A stretch of 64,000 bases of DNA. It comes from Gammaproteobacteria bacterium. Lineage in GTDB: Bacteria; Pseudomonadota; Gammaproteobacteria; Steroidobacterales; JABDLF01. Under the pieces are notes generated by a model, which ran no database searches, was not told where the DNA came from, and was given only the letters and a program-made list of their open reading frames with translations. A program made the position numbers and the translations under genes. This document shows, one piece after another, positions 47,551 through 56,422 of the stretch (its first letter is position 1; the number at the start of each line of letters is the position of its first letter). The stretch covers positions 9,018 to 73,017 of the forward strand of contig JBFGOQ010000004.1 in the NCBI GenBank assembly GCA_041565075.1, given 5' to 3'.

Positions 47551-48108
47551 TCAGGCTGCCACGTCTGCGAACCGGGCACTTTCCACCAGACGGACGAGGC
47601 TCAATACCGGCCATACTTCCTGCCCGCGCCTGCAATGCCCGAGCAAGTACTCGTCGAGCTCACCGGGCGTATCCGCGGGCTGAGTCTCGAACTCGCTGGC
47701 GGCAAAGCGCCTGAATCCCATGACTTCGTCGACAAGAATCCCCGCTGGGATATCGGGATGATTGACGACTATGAGACGACTCGAACGGCCCTGTGAGGTT
47801 TCGCCGTTGCCGCTGAAAGCGAGCATGTCGACGACCGGAATAAGTCGACCGCGCACATTGGTGATACCGCGAATCCAGTTACATGCACCGGGCACCCGCG
47901 TGGCCGCCGGATGTTCCAACACTTCGCGCACTTCCTCTCTGGGCACCAGTACCAGCTCGGTTCCTGTACGCACTGCGACGCCAACCCAGTCGCCCGTGCC
48001 GGTTGCGACCTGTTCCCCGCCCTGCGTGCCGCGACTGCGCCTTTCGAGTTCCTTCAACAGCTCAAACGGCCGGTCGCGCAGACTACGCAATTCAATGCTC
48101 GCGCTCAT
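47551..48108 (-). CDS. pilI: CheW-like protein PilI
   Basis: PFELL, TRVPG...W.RG..NVRGRLIPVVD, GILVDEVMGFRRF. Confidence 0.88.
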   Translation of the reverse strand: MSASIELRSLRDRPFELLKELERRSRGTQGGEQVATGTGDWVGVAVRTGTELVLVPREEVREVLEHPAATRVPGACNWIRGITNVRGRLIPVVDMLAFSGNGETSQGRSSRLIVVNHPDIPAGILVDEVMGFRRFAASEFETQPADTPGELDEYLLGHCRRGQEVWPVLSLVRLVESARFADVAA

Positions 48109-48112
48109 CGAT

Positions 48113-48478
48113 TCAGTGCTCTAATGCGGCGCGCGCGCAATCGATCAGCTTGGTCTCGGTTACCGGCTTGACGAGGTATTCCACGGCGCCCTGGCGCATG
48201 CCCCAGATGCGGTCAGTTTCCAGCCCCTTCGTGGTAACGATAATTACCGGGATATCGGAGGTATCCGGGCTGCGTGCCAGTTCACGCGTGGCCTGGAAAC
48301 CGTTGACTCCGGGCATGACTACATCCATGAGAATGACGTCCGGTTTAAGGTCCTTGGCTTTCTCTATGCCGCTGGTGCCGTCTTCGGCCACAGCGGTCTC
48401 AAAGCCGTTCTTTTCGAGTGCCGTTTTCATGACGTGCACTTCGGTAGGAGAATCATCGATGATCAGTACCAGGGCCAT
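48113..48478 (-). CDS. pilH: Response regulator PilH
   Basis: IDDSPTE, MDVVMPGVNGFQATR, TDRIWGMRQGA. Confidence 0.92.
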   Translation of the reverse strand: MALVLIIDDSPTEVHVMKTALEKNGFETAVAEDGTSGIEKAKDLKPDVILMDVVMPGVNGFQATRELARSPDTSDIPVIIVTTKGLETDRIWGMRQGAVEYLVKPVTETKLIDCARAALEH

Positions 48479-48508
48479 GTCCGGCTCCCTCCGCTGAGTT
48501 TCAAGAGA

Positions 48509-48913
48509 TCATTCGCCAATATGCCTCTCGATGGCACCAAGCAGCTCTTCCTTGGTGAACGGCTTGGTCAGGTATTGCTCAGAGCCGACGATGCGACCCC
48601 GGGCGCGGTCGAATAGTCCGTCTTTGCTGGACAGCATAACCACCGGTGTTTCCCGGAAAGTTTTGTTGTGCTTAATCAACGAACAGGTTTGATAACCGTC
48701 GAGACGCGGCATCATGATGTCGACAAAAACGATGTCCGGATGATGATCAGCGATTTTCGACAATGCGTCGAAACCATCGGTCGCTGTAAATACTTCACAG
48801 CCTTCTTTGCTGAGAAGCGTCTCGGCGGTACGCCGGATTGTCTTGCTGTCGTCAATAACCAGGACCTTGAGACCATCAAGGCCGTTCACAGGCCTCTCGC
48901 TCAGCTCTGCCAC
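48509..48913 (-). CDS. pilG: Response regulator PilG
   Basis: VIDDSKTIRRTAETLL, DIMMPRLDGYQTC, SSKDGLFDRARGRIVGS; GTG start after GGAGG. Confidence 0.94.
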   Translation of the reverse strand: MAELSERPVNGLDGLKVLVIDDSKTIRRTAETLLSKEGCEVFTATDGFDALSKIADHHPDIVFVDIMMPRLDGYQTCSLIKHNKTFRETPVVMLSSKDGLFDRARGRIVGSEQYLTKPFTKEELLGAIERHIGE

Positions 48914-49009
48914 AAAACACCTCCGTGAACCGAGAAAACCATGTTTGTTTCCACACCAAGAAACGACAGGACGCGTTGCTCGCCAGGTAGCTGCAAATTT
49001 TCGCAATCC

Positions 49010-49025
49010 GGTGACTTTTAACACA
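49010..49025. promoter_or_regulatory. Possible CRP/Vfr-family binding site upstream of pilG
   Basis: GGTGA-CTTTTA-ACACA versus consensus TGTGA-N6-TCACA (8/10). Confidence 0.45.
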
Positions 49026-49195
49026 TCGGGCCACATGCTGCCATGGCGCCCGTCACAGACCCGCTGCTGCCGCCTCATGCAGCCCGCGCAGGCCATCGCT
49101 CACATCGAGTATAGTTAGCGTTTAAGCCGGGTCTTGCGGGCTATTCTAGCGCAAGGCACCTGTCTTTGAGATCCGCTGCGGATTCCGGAAAACAA

Positions 49196-50152
49196 ATGGC
49201 GAGAGACCCCGTAAAACTTGGCGTGGTGATGGACCCCATCGGTGCCATCAAACCATACAAAGATTCTACATTTGCGATGCTGCTGGAGGCCCAGCGACGT
49301 GGCTGGGATATCAGCTATATGCAACTCGGGGACATGTGGCTGATTGATGGTGAGGCACGTGCACGAATGCGCCCGCTAAGGGTGGCCGACCAGGCCCGTG
49401 ATTTTTTCGAACTTGGTGATGGCCTCGAGCAACCGCTCAGTGAGCTGGACGTCATCCTGATGCGCAAGGATCCGCCGTTCGATATGGAATATGTGCTCAG
49501 TACTTACATCCTCGAGCGTGCCCAGGAGTCTGGCGTTCAGGTCGTCAACGACCCTGGCGCATTGCGCGACGTAAACGAGAAAGCCTATGTGGCCTGGTTT
49601 GCCGAAATCTGTCCGGCCACTGTCATCACCCGCAGCATGCAGGTCATGCGAGAATTCCTGTCGCAACACAGCAAGATCGTTGTCAAGCCCATGGACGGCA
49701 TGGGTGGCAAATCGATTTTTGTGGTGAGCGAAGGCGACGCCAATGCCAACGTCATCTTGGAAACCATCACGGGACATGGCGAGCGCTTCGCTACGGCGCA
49801 GGCATACATTCCCCAGATCAGCGAAACAGGCGACACCCGAATATTGCTGATCGGGGGCAAACCGATACCGCATGGCCTGGTACGTATCCCCCCAAGTGGC
49901 GATCACCGCGGCAACCTCGCGGTAGGTGGGCGCGCCGAGGGGCGCGAGCTGTCTGCGCAGGAGCTGGCGATCTGCGCCGAAGTCGGGCCGGTACTGGACG
50001 GGCTTGGTGTCGTGTTCGCCGGTATTGACGTAATCGGCGGCCGCCTGACCGAAATCAATGTCACGAGCCCGACCGGTATTCGCGAACTGGACAAGCTTTT
50101 TTCTGTCAATATCGCCGCCGAGCTTATGGATTGCATCGAATCACGCTTATGA
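49196..50152 (+). CDS. gshB: Glutathione synthetase
   Basis: MDPI..IKPYKDST, MRKDPPFD.EY, NEK, KPMDGMGG, RGNLA.GG, EINVTSPTG. Confidence 0.96.
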   Translation: MARDPVKLGVVMDPIGAIKPYKDSTFAMLLEAQRRGWDISYMQLGDMWLIDGEARARMRPLRVADQARDFFELGDGLEQPLSELDVILMRKDPPFDMEYVLSTYILERAQESGVQVVNDPGALRDVNEKAYVAWFAEICPATVITRSMQVMREFLSQHSKIVVKPMDGMGGKSIFVVSEGDANANVILETITGHGERFATAQAYIPQISETGDTRILLIGGKPIPHGLVRIPPSGDHRGNLAVGGRAEGRELSAQELAICAEVGPVLDGLGVVFAGIDVIGGRLTEINVTSPTGIRELDKLFSVNIAAELMDCIESRL

Positions 50153-50219
50153 AGCGAACGGCTGCTGCCGGTGCCCGCCGACGGTATAATCAGCAAGACC
50201 GATCGCCCGGAATTCTCTG

Positions 50220-51131
50220 ATGAGCGTTTACTCCGCGCCCGCTGACGACAGCGCTGACCGCCTCGTTTCCACGTTATTTGTGGCGACGCTGGCGCATGGG
50301 CTCGTGATCCTCGGCGTGAGCTTTTCATTTCTTGCGCCGCAGCCGCCCGCAGAAAGCCAGAGCCTGGAAGTTGTCATGGTCCAGGGCGCCGAGTCAGAAG
50401 TCGATCCCGACGACCCTGAATATCTGGCCCAGCAGAACCAGCTCGGCGCCGGCAGCGAGCAAGAGCGCGAACGCCCGGCAACGGCCCCGTCCAACAATCG
50501 TAGCCTGCAGAACGAGGGGCAACTCGACGGCGACGCACTTGTAACGGAGCGCGCCGGTCAGCAAGCGACACCGGTGGAGCAGCTGGTCAGCCGCTCGCCG
50601 TCGGATGCCAGAGTAGAGAGTGTGCCGTGGGCGGTGAGCGATCCCGCAAGACGTCTCAGCACAGCGCGCCTGATGCTCGCCAGCGAGGACAGCGCGGCGG
50701 CCCTGGACGAGGTACGGCGGGCGCTCAAGGCGCAGGGCAAGAACCCGGATGAAGACATCATCACCGTCAATGCCAGGGCCAGCCAGTTTGCCGCATATCT
50801 CACATACTGGCGCTCGCATATCGAGGAAGTGGGCACGCTGAATTTTCCCGATGACGTGCGCCGCGCCGGGCTGTCGGGCAGCCCGGTACTCGAGGTCGCC
50901 ATCAATGCGGATGGCTCAATTCGTGAAATCCGTGTCTTGCGCTCGTCGCGCGAAAAGCTGCTCGACCAGGCCGCCTTGCGCATCCTGCGCATCGCAGCAC
51001 CATTCAATCCATTCCCGGAAGAGATTCGCAAAGACTACGACGTTTTACGTTTTGTCTACGAATGGCAGTTCCTCAGTGGCGAAGTTCCCGGCACCCGCGG
51101 GCGGGTTTCGCTGCCGGTAGATGGCCCCTGA
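50220..51131 (+). CDS. Energy transducer TonB-family protein (TonB3-like)
   Basis: TM with LAHG; YLAQQNQLG.G; TonB_C region INADG...SS...LDQAA...AAPF.PFP; conserved position after gshB. Confidence 0.82.
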   Translation: MSVYSAPADDSADRLVSTLFVATLAHGLVILGVSFSFLAPQPPAESQSLEVVMVQGAESEVDPDDPEYLAQQNQLGAGSEQERERPATAPSNNRSLQNEGQLDGDALVTERAGQQATPVEQLVSRSPSDARVESVPWAVSDPARRLSTARLMLASEDSAAALDEVRRALKAQGKNPDEDIITVNARASQFAAYLTYWRSHIEEVGTLNFPDDVRRAGLSGSPVLEVAINADGSIREIRVLRSSREKLLDQAALRILRIAAPFNPFPEEIRKDYDVLRFVYEWQFLSGEVPGTRGRVSLPVDGP

Positions 51132-51180
51132 CAAGGCCGCGCCTTGAGGGCCCGGGCCGCGCCCCTGATAATAGGCAGCT

Positions 51181-51744
51181 ATGAATGACCCGACCTACCT
51201 CGACAACCACTTCCTGATCGCGATGCCGGGCCTCGGCGATCCGAATTTCTATCATTCTGTTACCTATATCTGCCGGCACGACAGCGAGGGCGCCCTCGGT
51301 ATAGTGATCAACCGGCCACTCGATCTCACACTCGCCGAAGTATTCACGCAAATGACGCTGGAGGCCCGCAACAAGCATGTCGCAGGCCAGCCGGTCATGG
51401 CGGGTGGACCCGTGCAGCGCGAGCGCGGCTTTGTCGTACACAAGCGTGGCAAGGAGTGGGAGTCCAGTCTGCTTATTTCAGATCAGCTGGCAGTTACCAC
51501 TTCCAGGGATATTCTCGAATCAATGGCCGATGGTGAGGGCCCCGATAAGGTCCTGGTGGCGCTGGGATATGCGGGCTGGGACGCGGGGCAGCTGGACCAG
51601 GAAATTGCCGACAACGCCTGGCTGTCCGTGCCATGCCGAGAGGACATACTTTTTGAAACGCCTTTTGAGCAGCGCTGGACCGAGGCCGCCCGCTTGCTGG
51701 GCGTCGATATCGAGCAACTGAGCTACCCGGCCGGTCACGCCTGA
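51181..51744 (+). CDS. yqgE: YqgE/AlgH family protein
   Basis: HFLIAMP, GALGIVINRP, GGPV, LGYAGW..GQL..EI..NAWL. Confidence 0.93.
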   Translation: MNDPTYLDNHFLIAMPGLGDPNFYHSVTYICRHDSEGALGIVINRPLDLTLAEVFTQMTLEARNKHVAGQPVMAGGPVQRERGFVVHKRGKEWESSLLISDQLAVTTSRDILESMADGEGPDKVLVALGYAGWDAGQLDQEIADNAWLSVPCREDILFETPFEQRWTEAARLLGVDIEQLSYPAGHA

Positions 51745-51751
51745 TGGTCAG

Positions 51752-52237
51752 GTGCAGCCATTGAATGCTGACCCGCCCGGCGCCCTCACCGAGACGCTGC
51801 TGGGCTTCGACTTTGGCTTGCGCCGCATAGGTGTGGCCGTAGGCAGCCGCCTGTCCGGGCGCGCCCAGCCGCTGGCCAGCGTGGATCATCACCAGACCGA
51901 TCCGGACTGGCCCGCTATTGAAGCGCTGGTGCAGGAGTGGCAGCCGGCGCGCCTGATCGTCGGTTTACCCGCCAGCCTGGACGGTCTCGAGACGGATATG
52001 AGTACTGCATCGCGCCGTTTTGCCAATGCCATGCATGAGCGATTTGGCTTGCCGGTGGAAATGGTGGACGAGCAACTCAGTTCATCGGCCGCCCTGGACG
52101 AGCTGCGCGAAGCGCGCCAGAGCGGCCGCAAGAAAAAGCGAGTCAAGAAATCCGAAGTCGACCCGCTGGCTGCCAAGGTGATATTGGAGACCTGGCTCAA
52201 TCAGCCCGTTGCAACAGGCTTAAAGGACCATAGCTAA
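51752..52237 (+). CDS. ruvX: YqgF/RuvX family nuclease
   Basis: GFDFG.RRIGVAVG, VGLP, VDEQLSS, D..AA.VILE. Confidence 0.92.
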   Translation: MQPLNADPPGALTETLLGFDFGLRRIGVAVGSRLSGRAQPLASVDHHQTDPDWPAIEALVQEWQPARLIVGLPASLDGLETDMSTASRRFANAMHERFGLPVEMVDEQLSSSAALDELREARQSGRKKKRVKKSEVDPLAAKVILETWLNQPVATGLKDHS

Positions 52238-53205
52238 TGGCAATGAAACTGGCAGGCAAGTTAAAGAACCTGCTCAGTCTTGAAGCCCTTTCGCGCCAGC
52301 AACTATTGTCCTTGCTGGACGATGCCGAAAGGTTTGCGCGACCGCCGGGGGCGCCTCCTGCGAGAGGCCGCGATCTGCACGGTCGCACGGTTGCCAATTT
52401 GTTTTTCGAAGCCAGCACCCGTACCCGTGCTTCTTTCGAACTGGCCGCAAGGCGTCTGGGCGCGGATGTTCTGACACTGGATATCGCTACGTCATCGCGT
52501 AACAAAGGCGAAACCGACATCGACACGTTGCATACCCTGGCGGCTATGGGCGCATCTATTTTTATCGTGCGCTCGGGCGTTGCCGGCCTGCCGGCGCGCC
52601 TGGCTCGTGAACTGAATGAACATTGTGGCCTTATCAATGCAGGCGAGGCAGAACTCGCGCATCCTACCCAGGGCTTGCTCGATGTGATGACCATCCGCCG
52701 ACACAAGCCCGGCGTTGAAAGCTTGCGCGTTGCAATCGTGGGTGACATCGCCCATTCGCGGGTCGCGCGCTCTGCGGTGCGCGGCTTGTTATTGCTGGGC
52801 ATCGAAGAACTGCGGCTGGTGGGTCCCGAGTCTTTTCTGCCCGATGCCGGCGAAATGCCCGGAGTGACACTCACCAATGACTTGCAGGAGGGCCTGGCAG
52901 GCGCTGACGTTGTGATGGCTTTGCGCATCCAGCGCGAACGCATGGCGGCCGCTGACATGCCGGATACAGGCGAATATTTTCAACGCTTCGGACTTAGCGA
53001 GGACAAGCTCGCGGTCGCTGCACCCGATGCCATCGTTATGCACCCGGGACCAATGAACCGCGGCGTCGAAATCGACAGTGCTCTGGCCGACGGGCCGCGC
53101 TCGGTGATCCGCGAACAGGTCGCAAACGGCGTGGCCGTTCGCATGGCCTTGCTTGCCACAATCGCTCAGACGCTGGATGCCCACACACAGCAGGGCGCTC
53201 CATGA
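52237..53205 (+). CDS. pyrB: Aspartate carbamoyltransferase catalytic subunit
   Basis: FFEASTRT, KGE, INAG, HPTQ.LLD, GDI.HSRV, RIQRER, HPGPMNRGVEI. Confidence 0.95.
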   Translation: MAMKLAGKLKNLLSLEALSRQQLLSLLDDAERFARPPGAPPARGRDLHGRTVANLFFEASTRTRASFELAARRLGADVLTLDIATSSRNKGETDIDTLHTLAAMGASIFIVRSGVAGLPARLARELNEHCGLINAGEAELAHPTQGLLDVMTIRRHKPGVESLRVAIVGDIAHSRVARSAVRGLLLLGIEELRLVGPESFLPDAGEMPGVTLTNDLQEGLAGADVVMALRIQRERMAAADMPDTGEYFQRFGLSEDKLAVAAPDAIVMHPGPMNRGVEIDSALADGPRSVIREQVANGVAVRMALLATIAQTLDAHTQQGAP

Positions 53206-54092
53206 ACGATCCTGAGCGCAGCCACCGCAACACCATATTTCTGGAAGATGCCGAAATTATCGGCCAAACGGCTTACCCGCAGGGACAATTCGTCATGCGT
53301 ATGCATGCCCCTGAATGTGCGCGCCGGGCACGTGCCGGCAGCTTCGCCCATATCACCTGCGACCCGGCGGTTCCCATGCGCCGCCCGCTATCGATCATGC
53401 GCGCCGACCCGGCTGCAGGCTGGATCGAGTTCCTGTACAAGGTTGTCGGCGATGGGCTCAGGCACCTCGCCACCCGGCGCCCGGGCGATCGGCTGAGTGT
53501 ACTGGGCCCGATCGGGAATCCCTTCCGGCCGGACAAGAATCGGCCTCGCCCCCTGCTTATCGGCGGCGGCGTCGGCATTCCACCGATGGTATTCCTGGCC
53601 GAGGCCCTGAGGTCCGAGCTGCCAGCGCATGAACCGCTGGTCATAATGGGCTCGGAAATCCCCTTTCCGTTTGCAGATGCCCGTTCATCGAAACCCATTC
53701 GCGGAATCGAAACCAGCGTGAACGCCTGCATGCCGTTGCTGGAATCCTGGGGCATCGCCAGCAGACTCGCCAGTCAGCAGGGCTATGGCGGCTGTTTCCC
53801 AGGCCTGGTGACGGAACTGGCGCGTGGCTGGCTACAGGCCCTGGACCCGCCCGCCCTCGGTGCAGTGCAGGTTTTTGCCTGCGGGCCCACCGCGATGCTC
53901 GAGGCAGTGGCCGCGCTGTGCAGAGAATTCGATCTTCCGTGCCAGGTATCGCTGGAAGAATTCATGGCCTGCGCCGTCGGCGGCTGTGCCGGGTGCACTG
54001 TGCTGGTCCATACGGAGGCAGGGCCGGCCATGAAACGGGTGTGCGTAGATGGCCCGGTGTTCGACGCCCGCCAGGTATTTGGCAGGACTTAG
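53202..54092 (+). CDS. pyrK: Dihydroorotate dehydrogenase electron-transfer subunit
   Basis: RRPLS, GPIGN.F, GGGVGIPP, CGP..ML, EE.MACAVGGCAGC...RVCVDGPVF ([2Fe-2S] motif). Confidence 0.88.
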   Translation: MNDPERSHRNTIFLEDAEIIGQTAYPQGQFVMRMHAPECARRARAGSFAHITCDPAVPMRRPLSIMRADPAAGWIEFLYKVVGDGLRHLATRRPGDRLSVLGPIGNPFRPDKNRPRPLLIGGGVGIPPMVFLAEALRSELPAHEPLVIMGSEIPFPFADARSSKPIRGIETSVNACMPLLESWGIASRLASQQGYGGCFPGLVTELARGWLQALDPPALGAVQVFACGPTAMLEAVAALCREFDLPCQVSLEEFMACAVGGCAGCTVLVHTEAGPAMKRVCVDGPVFDARQVFGRT

Positions 54093-54103
54093 GAGCGCGG
54101 AGA

Positions 54104-55162
54104 CTACATCCCGAAGCTGATCTTCGTTTCGAGGTTGGCGCGTGAATCGGCCATGCGCAAGGCCTCTTCGAGCTCGACACGTCCCTGGCGGTAGAGGTTA
54201 AACAAAGCCGTATCGAAGTCCTGCATCCCCTCCTCGCTCGCGCTTTCAATTGCCTCTTTGACACCCGAAATATCACCCTTACGAATCAGCTCGGAGATGT
54301 GCGGCGTGTTGATCATTACCTCGACGGCGGCGACCCGGCGCCCGCCCTTACCGTGTACCAGCCGCTGCGAAATAATGCCGCGCAGGTACTGGGACAAGTC
54401 CATAAGTATCTGGGCATGGTGTGCCTGGGGAAACATATTGATGATGCGATCCAGGGTTTCGGCTGCATTGTTCGCATGCAGGGTGGAAATCGCCAGGTGG
54501 CCCGTGCCGGCCAGCGCCAGTGCGGCTTCCATAGTCTCGTGATCGCGTATCTCGCCGATCAGGATCACGTTGGGTGCCTCGCGCACGGCGCTGCGCAGAG
54601 CAGCATGATAACTCTTGGTATCGACCCCAATCTCACGCTGATTGACGATACAGCTCTTGTTGGAATGCAGGAACTCGATAGGATCTTCGATAGTCAAAAT
54701 GTGGCCGCTGGTGTTCTCATTGCGGTAATCGAGCATGGCAGCAAGGCTGGTGGACTTGCCAGAGCCTGTTGCCCCCACCATCAGGAGCAGGCCGCGATTG
54801 TGCATCACCAGCGTGCGCATGATATCCGGCATGCCCAGGTCGGCCAGCGACGGAATCTCACTCGTGATATAGCGCATCACCATTGCCACTGAACCGCGCT
54901 GATAAAACGCATTGACACGGAAGCGCCCGATGCCATCTTCGGCGATTGCGAAATCCAGTTCGAGTTCTTCCCGGAATGTCTTGGCCTGCTCCTCAGTCAT
55001 GAGGCCGAGTACTGTCCTCTTGATTACTTCGGGTTCGAGCAGTGTCTTGTTGACGGCGACCAGGCGCCCTTCGATCTTGATTTTGACCGGTGCGTTCGGC
55101 GTCATGAAAAGGTCGGAAGCCTTTTTCTCCGCCATGAGATTTAGCAATGTCCTGATATTCAT
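54104..55162 (-). CDS. PilT/PilU-family retraction ATPase (second PilU-like paralog)
   Basis: ASDLF, GATGSGKS, TIEDPIE, IGEIRD, TLHANN, GMQ.FD. Confidence 0.9.
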   Translation of the reverse strand: MNIRTLLNLMAEKKASDLFMTPNAPVKIKIEGRLVAVNKTLLEPEVIKRTVLGLMTEEQAKTFREELELDFAIAEDGIGRFRVNAFYQRGSVAMVMRYITSEIPSLADLGMPDIMRTLVMHNRGLLLMVGATGSGKSTSLAAMLDYRNENTSGHILTIEDPIEFLHSNKSCIVNQREIGVDTKSYHAALRSAVREAPNVILIGEIRDHETMEAALALAGTGHLAISTLHANNAAETLDRIINMFPQAHHAQILMDLSQYLRGIISQRLVHGKGGRRVAAVEVMINTPHISELIRKGDISGVKEAIESASEEGMQDFDTALFNLYRQGRVELEEALRMADSRANLETKISFGM

Positions 55163-55228
55163 CAGCTAGATGTTTGCCACTTGTTCACTTAAAGCCCGAC
55201 CACGCCGGGCAGGATCGGCCCCGAAAAT

Positions 55229-56389
55229 CTAAATTGATGTTCCGGCTTCGCTGTCGTCCACAATATGCAGGCTTTGGGCGCCGCCTTCGGATGCCTCGAA
55301 ATCCCGCTTGCTCTCCAGCTTGATGCGCAGGCGCAGCTCGTTTTTCGAATCCGCGTTGCGCAATGCTGCCTCGTAAGAAATGATGCCGTCCTCGTAAAGC
55401 TTGAACAGCGCCTGGTCGAAAGTCTGCATGCCCAGCCGCGTCGATTTGGCCATGATCTCTTTGATCTGACCCACTTCGCCCTTCAGTATCAGGTCGGAAA
55501 TCAGTGGCGAGGTCAACATGACTTCCATGGCGGCGATGCGTCCCTTGCCGGATTCCCGCGGGATCAGGCGCTGGGATACCAGGGCACGGATATTCAGCGA
55601 TAAATCCATGAGCAACTGATCGCGTTTTTCCTCCGGGAAAAAGTTGATGATGCGATCCAGCGCCTGGTTGGCACTGTTAGCGTGCAGCGTCGCCAGGCAA
55701 AGATGTCCGGTCTCGGCAAATTGCACACCATACTCCATGGTTTCACGATCGCGGATCTCACCGATCAGGATTACGTCCGGGGCCTGGCGCAAGGTATTCT
55801 TCAGCGCGGCGTGCCAGCTATCCGTGTCCACCCCGACTTCGCGCTGGGTAATCACGCAGCCCTTGTGCGGGTGAATGTACTCGATGGGATCTTCGATCGA
55901 AATAATGTGACCACGGGAATTGGCGTTGCGATGACCGATCATCGCCGCAAGGCTCGTCGACTTACCGGACCCGGTGCCGCCGACGATTATGACCAGGCCG
56001 CGCTTGGACATCACCACGTCCTTGAGGACGGGTGGCAGACCCAGCGCATCAAAATCAGGAATCTCCGTAGTGATGGTTCTGAGCACCCCGCCTGTTTGCC
56101 CTTGTTGCATAAAGGCGCTTACCCGAAAGCGGCCAATGCCACGCGGCGCAATGGCGAAGTTACATTCCTTGGTGGCGTCAAATTCTTTCTTTTGCTTGTC
56201 GTTCATGATCGAGCGGATGATCATGCCGCTCTCAGCAGCCGACAGCGGCCGGTCCGAAGCGGGTTTCACCAGGCCGTCGATCTTGATGGCCGGTGGAAAA
56301 CCGGCAGTGATAAACAGATCCGACCCGTCCTTGGCCACCATGGCCTTGAGCAGGTCCTGCATAAATTTGATTGCTTGATCTCTTTCCAT
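55229..56389 (-). CDS. pilU: Type IV pilus ATPase PilU
   Basis: SDLFITAGFPP, ECNFAI, GGTGSGKS, ALKNTLRQAPD, TLHANSANQALDRIINFFP, NADS.NELRL. Confidence 0.92.
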   Translation of the reverse strand: MERDQAIKFMQDLLKAMVAKDGSDLFITAGFPPAIKIDGLVKPASDRPLSAAESGMIIRSIMNDKQKKEFDATKECNFAIAPRGIGRFRVSAFMQQGQTGGVLRTITTEIPDFDALGLPPVLKDVVMSKRGLVIIVGGTGSGKSTSLAAMIGHRNANSRGHIISIEDPIEYIHPHKGCVITQREVGVDTDSWHAALKNTLRQAPDVILIGEIRDRETMEYGVQFAETGHLCLATLHANSANQALDRIINFFPEEKRDQLLMDLSLNIRALVSQRLIPRESGKGRIAAMEVMLTSPLISDLILKGEVGQIKEIMAKSTRLGMQTFDQALFKLYEDGIISYEAALRNADSKNELRLRIKLESKRDFEASEGGAQSLHIVDDSEAGTSI

Positions 56390-56422
56390 TTCCTGCTCTC
56401 CGGGAGTTGCGCCCGCGGGCCG

